DNA of 64,000 nucleotides from the human T2T-CHM13v2.0 reference genome, Homo sapiens, in NCBI RefSeq assembly GCF_009914755.1, contig NC_060931.1; one strand, 5' to 3'. Shown here in pieces: positions 26,486 through 41,968 of the stretch. The notes under the pieces were generated by a model. That model was given only the letters and a program-made list of their open reading frames with translations. It ran no database searches and had not been told where the DNA came from. Made by a program: the position numbers and the translations under genes. Each line of letters begins with the position of its first letter. Within the stretch, counting starts at the first letter, position 1.

Positions 26486-28794
26486 TCTCCAAAATCATTT
26501 CCATGATGCCAGAAACTTTAAATGCTACAGAAACAAGCTACAGCGATACATTTAAATGTTCTTCTTTGTAGGGCTTGAGCTGTATCTAAACTTAAGTTAG
26601 AGCTCAACCAACATAGAATCTAGTTCAGTAATATTCTACAACGTGAGATAACCATATTGATATTTGATCTAAAATGAGATTGCAGAGGAAACACATTTTA
26701 ATACCTGAGGTGTGTGCTTAATCTTCTTGATGTACATTAAAAGCTCAGTATGTGAGAGTAATATGAGGTGATGGGGGTTACTCTTAAAGAGATTACTAAT
26801 AATGTTTATTTGGAAAAAGATGAAGATTTTAGAGGCTATTTAAGAAACTGGTTCTGGGAAAACCAGCCATAACTTAGGGGTTCTTCTTTCACCCAATCCC
26901 ATTGGAATTCTGCTTTGCTATAGAACCATGCTCAAACCAAGGCAAGCAGCACACATTACATGAACAAACAACACAACAATGAAAAGCAGATCCTTGAGAC
27001 CCTCCCAAGAAGACCAAGAGCTCTCTCTTTAAAACTTTGTAAAATACCTAGGTTCTCTAGTCTTCCTGTGTGTTATTTCCTAACCAATTGCACTATCAAT
27101 TCAAAAATGGAACAAAGGATATTCTATGTATCAGAACCTTTTTTCCTATACATTAAGAAGAACTTTTCCCACATGAATAGGTAATCACAATCTTAAGCCA
27201 GAGGATGAAACCTATGAATTCTTTGTATCATATATATTTTAACAAGAAACATAAATATCTATGACCTACCTATAGCCAATTTATATCTTGCCCAGGTTGT
27301 TTTGTTTTCTAAACTTATCCCTCATATGGCTTAATAATGAAGGCCATAAATGTGCCTCCTTCCTATCTCACCCCTATGGCTTGACATGTATTATAAAATG
27401 AACTTCCTATATAAAATAATATTTACTGAATGAAAGGAAAGTATTACATACAACTTTTATTATTATATTATTAAGCTTATTTTTTGCACATCATGGCTAG
27501 GTCATCTTAAAATAGTTTGGCTCTGTCTCTTTTCCCATTTTCATACCTATGTGTAATCACACATGAAATCCCATATGTGGATTCGTGGTATTCCAAATGT
27601 TCCCTTCTTTATATTTCCAATTTATCATGCACTTAAAATATTTTCATTGTTTCACTGCCACGTTGGAGCTTTTGTCTCCATATGAGGATATGTTTTGTGA
27701 ATCTGGAAATATACATTTTTAAAACCAGAGAAACCCTGGAGTTTCATTTACTTTCACATGTCTCCTATTTTCATTGTTAGTCTACATACCATTATTTGTG
27801 TTCAAGATTAGTTCTAGTGGTTGTTAATTTTACTTTTAATACTTGAAGCAATGTAATGTGATTTACAGGGAAGGTATACACTGAGGGAAAGTCGGTTAAG
27901 CAGTTCCGGGTAGGCTTAACTTCCCTAGCTTCCTTTCATATTTACTAATACCCGTATCTTATCAAACACGCTCCTGAGTAAATGGCTGGACTGAGGTTTT
28001 ACTAAGTTTCTGGGCAAGAATCCATGTCAAATGAAGTGCTGCATTCCTTTGTGATGGATTTCTGCATGCACCGCTAGTGAAATCCTGAAAAGGCCAGTTG
28101 AACGGATGGACCACATTCTTTATGTTCAAGGTGAAGGCTGCCTGGGTTCATCACACACGGTGGAACTCTTGATTTGGTTTGAACTTGCTTTTGAGCCAAA
28201 TACTAGTCCCACACACCTACAAGAAAGACAAACACTACCAAGGGATTTATTTTCCACAAGAAGCTGTGCATTACCAGCCAAAGAAAACAAACACCAAGAA
28301 AAAGAAGGCTCTCCTGATGCAATTAGAATTTACTCAACATTCTGTTTCTCCCTCTCTTAGAGAACAATGAAAAACAGTTCGGTGGTTAAAGTTCAGTCTA
28401 TGACTAAAAGGATTTTCTGTGGAATTTCTTGACTTCTCTTTCAGCACACTTTAGAACAATAAGGTAAAACTCCTTATTTGCCTGAAATGAAAAGAGTTCC
28501 TGCATGAGGTCAATAATCCTTCTGTTACTCGTTTTCTTTACATCCTTCCCAAGAGCCTAAGAGTAAAAAAATCTACACTGTCTTTGGTACTGAATTTTTA
28601 AAAAAACATTAATTTGAAATAGCCCCAAATCTTTTGTAATATCTGTCATAATTTGTTATTCATTTATTTGTTAGTGTATTTAATTATAGTACTATTTATT
28701 AGAAAAGCAAATTTAGTCTGAAATAAAATTCATTACTATTTTACACTGAATTAGAATTGGAGTTGTTTGGTTGTCCTGGGTATAGACTTCAGGA

Positions 28795-28890
28795 TGTCTT
28801 AGGTTATGCAGTATACAACTCCAGTGCAATTTCTGTAGATGATAATGTGAATAGTTTTCTCTGAAATTATGTAACTACCATAGCACTGCA
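28795..28890. mobile_element. MER91-like palindromic MITE remnant
   Basis: aggttatgcagtatacaactccag...atgtgaat resembles MER91. Confidence 0.4.
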
Positions 28891-30987
28891 GAAAGTAAAT
28901 AACATAGCAGAAATGTCACTTTCATTAAACCAATAAGTGAAAAAAAGAAAGTTTAGATTCAATATAGATGTATCATGGTATCACTTCCCTCCCCTCAGAA
29001 TAAAAGGCTTATTTCATTCATTTCAATGTGTTATTTTCAATTTAGAACTCTACTGAACTAAAGATAATTTGAGTCTCTAATCAATTTTTGTAAGATAATA
29101 TATAAATTTCTTTTATAAACCCATTAATGCAAAGAACAAAATGTGCTATTTTGGATGATGGTTGTTCTTATAAAATATTTTGTTGCGTTACAGACAAGTT
29201 ATTTAGAAACTTGTGGATTAAATTTTTTCTTCAAATACACAAGAGTTTAAAAAATAGAAATGTAAATACTTGCTAAAATGCTTGACAAATTTTTTGAAAA
29301 GTTATCTGGCTTAAAATATGGCTGGGTTTGCCCATCCCTTTAGGAGATCAGCTGTTGATGTATCATTAAAGGCCAAAAAAAAAAAAAAGTCAATTCAGCT
29401 GTGTCTGTAACCAGGCGTGTCATATGTAGACACTTATACCGTGGGAGGTCACTTTATGTGGGTTTGCATTGACAAAAAAAGAAAGGTGTTCAAACTCCAG
29501 TAGCAAAGATATAAACTTGTATCAGTAGGAGAGATATTTACAGAACACAGCACATTCTTTTCAAAGCATACATTTTTGGAATGGCAACAATGAAGAATTT
29601 CGTCTCCATGGAGAACCCATTTACACGCCTTGTGGGGCTGGCAAATGTTCCAAATCTGCCACTATGAAATAATTGGCAGCAAGGATGGGAAAAAGAAAAA
29701 CCTCATTTTAATGGTAAATTTAAATGTCAGGAGTCCACAGACTGCTTCCTCCTTAAGGGAAATGTAAACAGTGGGAAATCTTCTGTTGAATAGGAATTTT
29801 CAATGACTGGGATCAAAAGCAAGCCTCACAATGTTGTCCAACAGGCAGAACTGGCTGTGGGAATAGATACATCATGGGTGGTTGCTTAGGTGTTGAGTCT
29901 TCAGAGTTATTGCCTGACTGCTGATCAGTCAACCATCATTTGTTGTGTCCTAAATGCTGCTTCTGAAAAGTTCACAGCTTAAGCTCTTACAAGATGATCT
30001 TTTTAAAATTTCCAGCGAATGACTTACCAGGAAATAAAACACAGGACCTCAGATGAGTGGGCGTTCTCCATAGCAAACCCTGCCCACTTAACAGTTTTGC
30101 CAAGATATGGTCCAGATACAGGTGGGTAGACAGAGCTACTGATATGCCCTTTACTGTCAGAGCAAGTGGAAAATCCACAGTTGTCAATGTGGACTCAGAA
30201 AAATCTCGGAAGTGAAAGCAGATTTAAGTGCTGAAGTGTGAAAGGTTAAGGGTCATTAGAACAAAATGTAACAGCAACATGATGCCTTCTATTTGGAGGT
30301 TTATGGTTCTCAAAGAACTTTCAAATTCCTTAATGGTTTTGATCCTTACAGTAGCTCTAGATTCCTGACTGAATTGAATAGTAACAATAACAGTATCAGT
30401 ACAAGGTGTTTATGTGATTTGCTATGATGTTGGCTCACTGACTCTGCCTCTACTTAAATTGTACTCGTCATTCCTCATCCCTAAGGTTTATTTGTTTTCT
30501 TACAGAAAAGATTATGGTATCAATTTTAGCTAAATAATAATTAGTTTGAGAGATTAGTTTGTTTCAAACTTCAAAGGAAGATTAAAGTTTCTCTTCCTTG
30601 TATATGCCATACATTCTTTATCCTTAGAAAAATCACTATTTTTACACACCTCTCCAGCCATATTCTGCTTGATGTCTGATTGGTGAATAGATCACATGGT
30701 CATTACTAGCTGCAGGAGAATTTGATAAACAAGCATTAAACTGGGTTAAGAATATTGCATTCAGTCAACCCATAGTGTTTGTCACAAACCAGTTTCTCAA
30801 TCTCACAGCAGGAATGTAATTATGTTCCCATCTAGACTAGTGATGACCAACAAGAGGTTTTCAAGGCCACCTAACTTCGTGATATGGCTGAAAATTTAAC
30901 TTCTAAAGCTGTTCTTTGATCAGTCAAATTAGAGAGATTAGGAAAATTAAAAAAAAAAAGAACTTCCATGGCAATCACATATTTTTT

Positions 30988-33426
<2,439 letters not shown>

Positions 33427-33821
33427 TCACGTAGTTTTTACTATTTCCATGAAGAATGTCATTGGCATTTTGATAGGGATTGTAAAAATGTCCATAGCAC
33501 CCAAAACATCTACAGAGTCATAGTCTTTAATAAATCCACATACTTGCAGCTCAATAAGAACAGATGAAGGGGCAGAGAATGAGGAATGATAAAGGAAATC
33601 ACTTCATGGGAAGGACAGAACCTAATTCTCCCTGGAACTGGGGCAGTGGCTTATAGAAGAATGAGGCTTCTTAGTTCCAGGAATAGCTGAAATAGGGCCA
33701 CGTTGATGATTTTTCTGATTTCCCATTTTGAACTCCTGGAATTCCCTGAGAAACTCAAAGAATCCTCTACTTAGGAGCCTTAGGATATGAAGGTATAGAC
33801 AGCTTGGGTAAAATAGATAGG

Positions 33822-36016
33822 TCACATAGTTTGGATATTTTTCCCTGCCCAAATCTCATGTTGAATTGTAATTCCCAATGATGGAGATGAGGCCTGGTAG
33901 TGAGTTGTTTTGTTCATGGGGACAGATGCCTCATGGGTTGGTGCTGTCTTTGCAATAGTGAGTGAGTTTTCTTGAGATCTATTCATTTAAAAGTGTGTGG
34001 TATATCTCCTCCTACTCTCTCTTTCTCTTGCTCCTGCCATGTGAGATGGTCTGCTAGCCCTACACCTCCCGCTATGATTGGAAGCTTCCTGATTCCTCCC
34101 CAAAGGCACATGCCAGCACCATGCTTCCAGTAGAGCCTGCGGAATTATGAGCCAATTAAACCTCCTTTCTTATAAATTATCCAATCTCAGGTATTTCTTT
34201 ATGGCAATGCAAGAACACACTGATACAGAAAATTGGTACCAAGAAAAGGGCATTGCTATAACATACCTGATGATGTGGAAGCAGCTTTGGAACTAGGTAA
34301 CAGGCAGAATTTTGAAGAGTTTGAAGGACTCAGAAGACAGGAAGATGAGGAAAAGTCTGGAACTTCTTAGAGTCTGTTTAGATGGTTGGGACCAAAATAC
34401 TGATAGTGATATGGACAATGAAGTCCAGGCTGACAAAGTCTCAGATGGAAATGTAGAACTTATTGGGAACTGGAGCAAAGGTCATGCATGTTATATCTTA
34501 GCTAAGAACTTGGTTGCATTGTGCCCCTGCCCTAGGGATATGTGGAAGTTTGAACTTCAGAGTGATGATTAAGTGTATCTGAAGAAGAAATTTTTAAGCA
34601 GCAAAGCATTCAAGAGTTGGTCTGGCAGCTTCCAAACACCTATACTCAGATGTTGGAGCAAAAACATTACTTAATGTTGGAACTTCTATTTAAAATGGAA
34701 GCAAAGCATAAAAGTTTGAAAAAAAGGCAGCCAAGCATGTAGTAAAGGAAGAAAAAGCTTTTTCAGTAGAGGAATTCAAGCAGGCTGTGGAGCAACCAGT
34801 TGCTAGAGATATTTGCATAACTAAAAGCAAGCCAAGTGCTAATATCCAAGACAATGGGAGAAGGGCCCCAAAGGCATTTCAGAGACCTTTATGGCAGCTC
34901 CTCCCATCACAGGCCCTGAGGTCTAAGAGGACTGAATGATTTTGTGGACCAGGCCCAAGGCCCTGATGCCCTACGCACCCTTGGGATACTGCTTTTCACA
35001 TCCCGGCCACTCCAGCTCCAGTCAGGTTTAAAAAGGGGCTCAGGTACAGTTTGAACTACCACTTTAGAGAATGCAAGCTGTAAACCTTGGCTTCTACCTT
35101 ATGTTAATCCTGTAGGTGCACAGAATGCAAGAGTGAAGTATAGTTGACAGTTGCCACCTAAATTTCACAGGACATATGAGAAAGCCTGGGTGCCCAGGCA
35201 GAAGACTTTTGCAGGGGCAGAGCCCTCTCAGAAAACTTCTACTAGGGCACTGCCAAGGGGAAATGTGGGTTTGGAGCCTCCCACACAGAGTCAGTTCCCA
35301 ATGGGGCACTGCCTAGTGGAACTTAGAGAAGGGGGCCATTGTCCTCCTTCTGTGGCCAGAATGGTAGATCCACTGTCAGCTTGAACTCTGTGCCTGGAAA
35401 AGCCACAGGAATTCAATTCCAACCCATGAGAGCAGCACTGGGGGGTGAACCCTGCAAAGCCACAGGGATGGAGTTGCTCAGGGCCTTGGGATACCACTCC
35501 TTGCAGCCATGTGCCATGGATGTGGGACATAGAGTCAAAGGAGATTATTTTGGAGCTTTAAGATTTAATGACTGCCCTACTGGGTTTTAAACTTGCATGG
35601 GTCCTGTAGCCCCTTTCTTTTGGCAGATATTTTTTGGGATGGCAATGTTTACCATTTGCCTATGCCTCCATTGTATCTTGGAAGTAAATAACTTGTTTTT
35701 GATTTCATGGGCTGATAGGTGGAAGGGACTTGCCTTGTCTCAGATGAGGCTTTGGACTTTGGAATTTTTGTTAATGTTGGAATGAGTTAAGACTTTGAGT
35801 GACTGTTGGAAAGGCATGATTGTATTTTACAATGTGAGAAGAACATGAGATTTGGGATAGGCCAGGGTGGAATGATATAGTTTGGATATTTGTCCCTGCC
35901 CAAATCTCATGCTGAATTGTAATCCCCAATGCTGGAGATGAGGCCTGGAGATGAGGCCAATTAAATTACCTAGTCTCAGGTATTTCTTTATAGCTACGGA
36001 AGAACAGCCTAATACA
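33822..36016 (+). mobile_element. Complete MSTA-like MaLR provirus: LTR 33822-34227, internal 34228-35872, deleted 3' LTR 35873-36016
   Basis: Matching LTR starts (atagtttggatattt.tccctgcccaaatctcatg); PPT-like gggataggccagggtggaa; perfect TSD atagg at 33817-33821 and 36017-36021. Confidence 0.93.
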
Positions 36017-36155
36017 ATAGGATTGCATCTGATGTGTCTCTGCTTCTACAACATCTAGCAAAGCATGCTGAATAATCGAATAAAAGCTTCCTTGCCTAAG
36101 CTCTGATGTTAACAATCTGTGCCCTGTCCTTGAATCTCAGTTTCCTCACTGGTTT

Positions 36156-36870
36156 TGTTACCAGGGGGTTCTTGTTCTTAGAGCTCCCAAGATGGTAGCA
36201 GGCCACTTCCAAGATGGCGGCAAGCCTCTTGTTCTCTGACCTGGGGTTCTTGGTCTCACAGATTCCAAGGAATGGAATCTTGGGCCATGTGGTAAGTGTT
36301 ATAGCTCTATTCAGCTCAATTACGATGAACCCTGGGCACTTAGCCAGTGCAGGAACAATGGCGTGCCTCTAGCCCAATTGGGAGTGGCAATGGGCGCCGC
36401 CTTGCTGGATCAGAAGTGCAGCAGACACCCTGCCAGATCCGGAGGGGTAAAGTCAGCAGCAGGTCTGCGACAGCGGCAAACAGCAGTGGTGGACAGTGAG
36501 CAAAAGCTCAGTTCCAGCCATAACAAACACGGACCAGAAGAGTGTGCAGTTGCAAGATTTAATAGAGTGAAAACAGAGCTCCCATAAAATGGGAGGGGGC
36601 CCAAAGGGGGTTGCCGTTGTCAGCTCGAATGCCTGGGTTTATATCCCGATCATTGTCCCTCCCCTTGTGCTCTCAGGCGATAGTTGATTGGCTATTTCTT
36701 TACCTCCTGTTTTTGCCTAATTAGCATTTTAGTGAGCTCTCTTTACTACCTGATTGGTTGGGTGTGAGCTAAGTTGCAAGCCCTGTGTTTTAAGGTGGAT
36801 GTGGTCACCTTCCCAGCTAGGCTTAGGGATTCTTAGTAGGCCTAGGAAATCCAGTTAGTCTTGACTCTCA
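36156..36870 (-). mobile_element. LTR17 (HERV-W) solo LTR
   Basis: Reverse complement starts tgagagtcaagactaactggatttcctaggcc and ends ctggtaaca; perfect TSD gttt. Confidence 0.9.
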
Positions 36871-37324
36871 GTTTGCTTCCAGAATAAAAATAATGAGTAC
36901 AAACTCACTTTGAAATTTCAGAATACTACATATACATTATGAATATGTTAGAAATGATATATAGAAGGATTAAATATATATGTGTTACATAACTAACTTC
37001 ATTGCTGCTTCTTAAATATATACAGATATAGTGTTTAATAGGCTAAAATACTGACAATATTCTTCTTAACATTTTTCTATGTAATAAAAGTGTAAAATAT
37101 ACTTCTATGTTCTATATCAGGCTTAGTAAAACTAGTTTTATTTTTAGTTAAAAACCATGACTTTATATTTTCTTACTCAGCATTTGGGCAAATAAAGGTA
37201 GCTCAACGGCATACACCAAGATAAGAGCTCCTGAATCTTCCAATAGGAAATAGGAAAAACAGTTTCTATTTTGATAGAGATTGATAAAGTTTCAGCTATA
37301 ATTCTTAATATGGAGACTCTTTGA

Positions 37325-37880
37325 AAGCATTTGTCTTTTTGTTTACATCAGGCATCTGAGGATTCATTCTGTTTTGGAGAGACTATCCCCCAGTGTGCGT
37401 CTGGGGGAGAGGAAATGTTCCTTATCCAAATAAGTAAGCCAAAGGAGACAGACACAACTTCTTCCCATGTATGACAAACTAAGGTTCGAGCATGTGCCCT
37501 AGACTTGGTCAATAAGATCCTCACCAGAGACTTTGGATCATAAGCATTTCATACTGAGATGTAGAAGTAGTTGCAAAACCTTTCATTGCATTGAGTGCTC
37601 AACAGTGGTGGTGGCCTTGTGAGCTTACCAATGTTAGGGAGTACACAGTGGCATCAATGTCACCTCTGCTGCTACTGATAGTATGTTAATTAGACTATTC
37701 CTGTACCAGGGCTTGGCTGTTCTCCCTTTCGTCTAGCCTCCTTTGGTGCTAATCTGTTTGCTAAAATTGATTGCCAAGTGTTTTTGTGAATTCTGTGAGC
37801 TATTTGATATCCATCCACTATATTCTTTTTTCTTTAGTTGGTGGGTATTAATTTTTATTCTGTGAAACAAGACTCTTTCC
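37325..37880 (+). mobile_element. Degenerate LTR33-like ERVL LTR
   Basis: General resemblance, e.g. ctgtgagctatttgatatcc...ttctttt. Confidence 0.35.
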
Positions 37881-38307
37881 TTATTCATATACAGATGCCT
37901 GTCAGAACATGTCTAATTGCTGGTACGTTAATGGCACATATAAAACAAATTCTTACCTTGCTAGTGATCACCTCCCGTGTACTTTACTTACTGTCTACGA
38001 TTATTTTAAGTCACTAAGAGGCTTTTGAGTAGGTTATCAATGAGAGCTGTAATTATCTTCCAAAGGTTAAAAAAAGCATATATTCTACATCATTCACTGA
38101 ATAATCACAGTACTGTGGCAAAATCATATATTACAAGCTAGCTATTTACTGTTATAAATTTCATTTTAAAATAGTCAAACATATATATACATAACACCAT
38201 GAACTTTGGGAAAGAAAAAGGATATCATCCGAGCTGAAAATAAATGAACAAATGTGGTAGGATTATTTAGCATTTCTAAATACCTTTTTATATTACATTA
38301 CTTTTTA

Positions 38308-39127
38308 AAACAGACATGTTTCAAAAGAAGACATACATGCAGCCAACAAGCATATGAAAAAAAGCTCAACCTCACTGATCATTACAGAAATGCAAATTAA
38401 AACCACAATGAGATACCATCTCACATCAGTCAGAATGGCTATTATTAAAAAATCAAAAAATAACAGATACTAGCAAGGATACAAATAAAAGGGAACACTG
38501 ATACACTGTTGGTGGGAGCATAAATTAATTTAACCATCGTGGAAAGCAGTATTGCGATTCCTCAAAGAGCTAAAAACAGAACTACCAACCAACCTAGCAA
38601 TCCCATTATTGAGTTTATACCCATAGGAATATAAATCATTCTGTCATAAAGACACATACACATGAATGTTCATTGCAGCCTTATTCACAATAGCAAAGAC
38701 ACAGAACCAACCTAAATGCCCATCAGTGACAGAATGGACAAAGAAAATGTGGTACATATGCACCACAGAATATTATGCAGCCATAAAAAAAACAAGATTA
38801 CGTCTTTTGTGGGAATATGGTTGGAGCTGGAGGCTATTATCCTTAGCAAACTAACTCAGGAACAGGAAACAAAAATACCACGTTCTCACAAGTGGGAGCT
38901 AAATAATAAGAACTTATGAACACAAAGAAGGAAACAACAGACACTGGGTACTACTTGAGGGTGGAAGGTGGGAGGAGGGAGAGGAGCGGAAAAAAATAAC
39001 TATTAGGCACTGGGTTTAATATCTGGGTAATGAAATAATCTGTACAACAAACCCCTGTGACTCGAGTTTACCTATGTAACAAAGTTTCACAGGTAGCCCT
39101 GAACTTAAAATAAAAGTTATTAAAAAA
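38308..39127 (+). mobile_element. L1PA13-like 3' end
   Basis: gaacttatgaacacaaagaaggaaacaacagacactggg; ends ctgaacttaaaataaaagt. Confidence 0.9.
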
Positions 39128-41509
39128 CTATCATATTTTGCAGATGTTATGACTACTTGAATATTTTAAAATGTGCAACATTATTGAAAAATTGAGACAT
39201 TTTTAGTAATTTGAAAATTTTGATTGTTTTTTCTCTTGATTTTTTTCAAACTATGACATACTTATGCAACACAATATAATTTAATTGTTAGGAAGCAGTT
39301 CAGTGAAAATAATAATGAAAAGGCAAACATACAAACAAAAACTTTTGTAGTCAGCAAACTTTTCTTTCAGTTCCCACTTCTCTTTTACCAATTACTTGTT
39401 GTGGTTAAACCACCTCACACCTTTGAATCTGGTTGCTTACCTGATAAAAACACATATATTCTAACAAAATTACTCTGAGGCCTTTAAACACTAGCTGAGG
39501 GAGTATTCTTGAATGTATGGACTGCCAGCTCTTAATTGTTGCAGAAATATTGTTATTGCTATTGCTATTGAAACCAGATTTCACCTAATCATGGATTTAA
39601 CACATTTTTAAAAATTTATAATTTTTTGATTTTTTGATGTTTTAAATATAATAGGAAAATTGCTGTCTTTATTCTAATGAAAAGTAGTTATTTATCATTT
39701 CATTTTCATTTCTTGAATACAATTATTGCTTATTGCTCTTTGGAAGTTATCTGTTATTAACTTACTAGTATGTTGGCTTCTTTTTTCATCAGCCAGAATT
39801 GACATTTTATGTGTACAATATAAATGGGATAATATAATCCACAAATCATTTATTCTGCTTTGATTTCAAGTTTATCAACAGAGAAAATGCATTTCACTTA
39901 AGTCCAGGAAAAAAATATATCCATGGGCTATAATGAGATTGGCACTAAAAATCAGGGGATCCATTTGAAGTGCCAATTCTGCCCCTGTTTACTTGAGAGA
40001 TTTATTTTATTTTTCTGAGTGGGTTATGTTTATTTAATTCAAAAAGGTAAGTGGTTAGATTTAATGGTTTTTAAATTTCTTGCCAATTTGAAAGTTTAAT
40101 AAATATATATTTATATAGCAGATGTTTAGCAAAACAACTACTGTAGTGCCTTTTATTGAAGGGACTAAGTTGGGATTGATGGGACAGAGCATGTGTAAGA
40201 ATATAACTACATATATGCGATTCTGCTAGAAAGTGGTGATCATCAGTTGGGGTAAGCTAGAGTACAAGTGTTGCAGTGTGATTTGTGAGGAGTGAAGCAG
40301 TTCTACCTGGCCTCAGATAAGTTTCTTCCCTTCCTATCCCCAACTGCACTGCTGTTTGAAACTCTCACAATAAAAGTCATAATAGTAAATACACTTAGGG
40401 CACCTTTTACCAAGAATGGACTTTGTGAAAATGCAGATTTGGAATTCTGTATTAAAATGAGGACAAGAATTTGGGGTTTCTGACATTCATTTATGGCCAT
40501 CCATTAACATTATTATTTGTGTAAAAATATTAAATGTTATAATTCCCAGCATTCTGTGGCTAGAAAATGTAGCACAGAGATGAAAGAGCTGGAGTATCTA
40601 TTTTCAGGAAATATATAGTCTCAGCTACACACAGAAAAGGATGTATTATAGTATTACAGAGCAATATGATAACATGGTAAATTACTTCAGTGTTCAGCAC
40701 TTAAATTTTTGCCAACTACTAAAAATCCAAAAGACTAAATATGCGCTTTACTTCTGAAAAGAAAGAAACTTCATAATGAGGTATCGATAATTCTCATTTA
40801 GTCATCAATAAAAGACAAAACAGAAAAACATTTTTTACCTCCTTGACTATTAGTAACTTAGTAAAACTGGCTGTTGCTGAAGGTCTTGAACCTTGTAACA
40901 TGGCTCACAGTTAAGTTAGGTTTTTGAATTCCTATTATCTGATTCTGTCTTTGGGGGCTGGCTGCAGGAGTTGCCTCAGAAGAAGTCGAAGAGAAAATGA
41001 CCTCTGAGGAAAGGTCTCTCGCTTAGCTCAGAAAATCTCCACCCTTCTTTAATGAGTCAGGATTCCTGGGTGGATCTTTGGCAAATCAATCCAGGGCCAT
41101 CTGTTAAAAAGAAGTGAAAAAATAACCTGTCTCTTTTCTAGATTATTATGTCTCAGCTAAAGCAATAGGAGAAAAGTTGGACAAAACAAAGTATATCAGA
41201 AGAAGAATTAAGAAATAGATGTTGAAATAGCTTAACTTTTTAGTTCAGGAATGCCAAACTAATTTTTCAATCCATAGTTAATGCATTTGTCAACCCCGTG
41301 AACTTTACCTTTTACTTAAAATAATGAATATGCATAATTGTAAAAGTCAAATTTCTCTCTAAAGCATAAGGTAAAATACTCCAGTCCATTAATGCCTCCA
41401 CTTGCATTTCATTGCCCACCTCCAAGAGTACTATTCTCCAAATCCAATTACTGTAACTTCAACTCTTTTAACTGTTTCATCTGGTCTTCATATCCATATA
41501 TCTAAGTAA

Positions 41510-41968
41510 TGTGCTATAGTGGGCACTTGTGAGGCACCACTTCCTTAGACCACTTAACAGTTTCACACATATTTGCCAGTGTCCAGTATCTAGCTACTCT
41601 ATACACAAAAAGTCATTCAGCCATAAGCTTGTACAATAATGGAGTGCAGAATTTGATGTCCCCTAAAAACCCTTCAAATAATGAGATGAGCATAAGGACA
41701 TAGGTGCACAGCTTCCTCATCCTTTGGTGGATAATTCTAAGACATGCCCTGCATGATACCTTAATGGGATATCACCAGAGGGATAGTCTCTGAGTTATTT
41801 ACAGTAGTAACCAACTTGATAACATGGTAGTTACTGCCAGTTAACACTTCCCTGTCTTACTTTTCCCATAATCTCACTTTTATTTTCTGAGATTGCCTTT
41901 CCTATTCACTATATATTCCTAGGTCCTTACCTCTGGTTTGGCTTTCACAGTGAAGCCAAACCAGGACA
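41510..41968 (+). mobile_element. LTR16-like 5' LTR
   Basis: Ends gaagccaaaccaggaca, directly followed by an ERVL leader. Confidence 0.6.
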
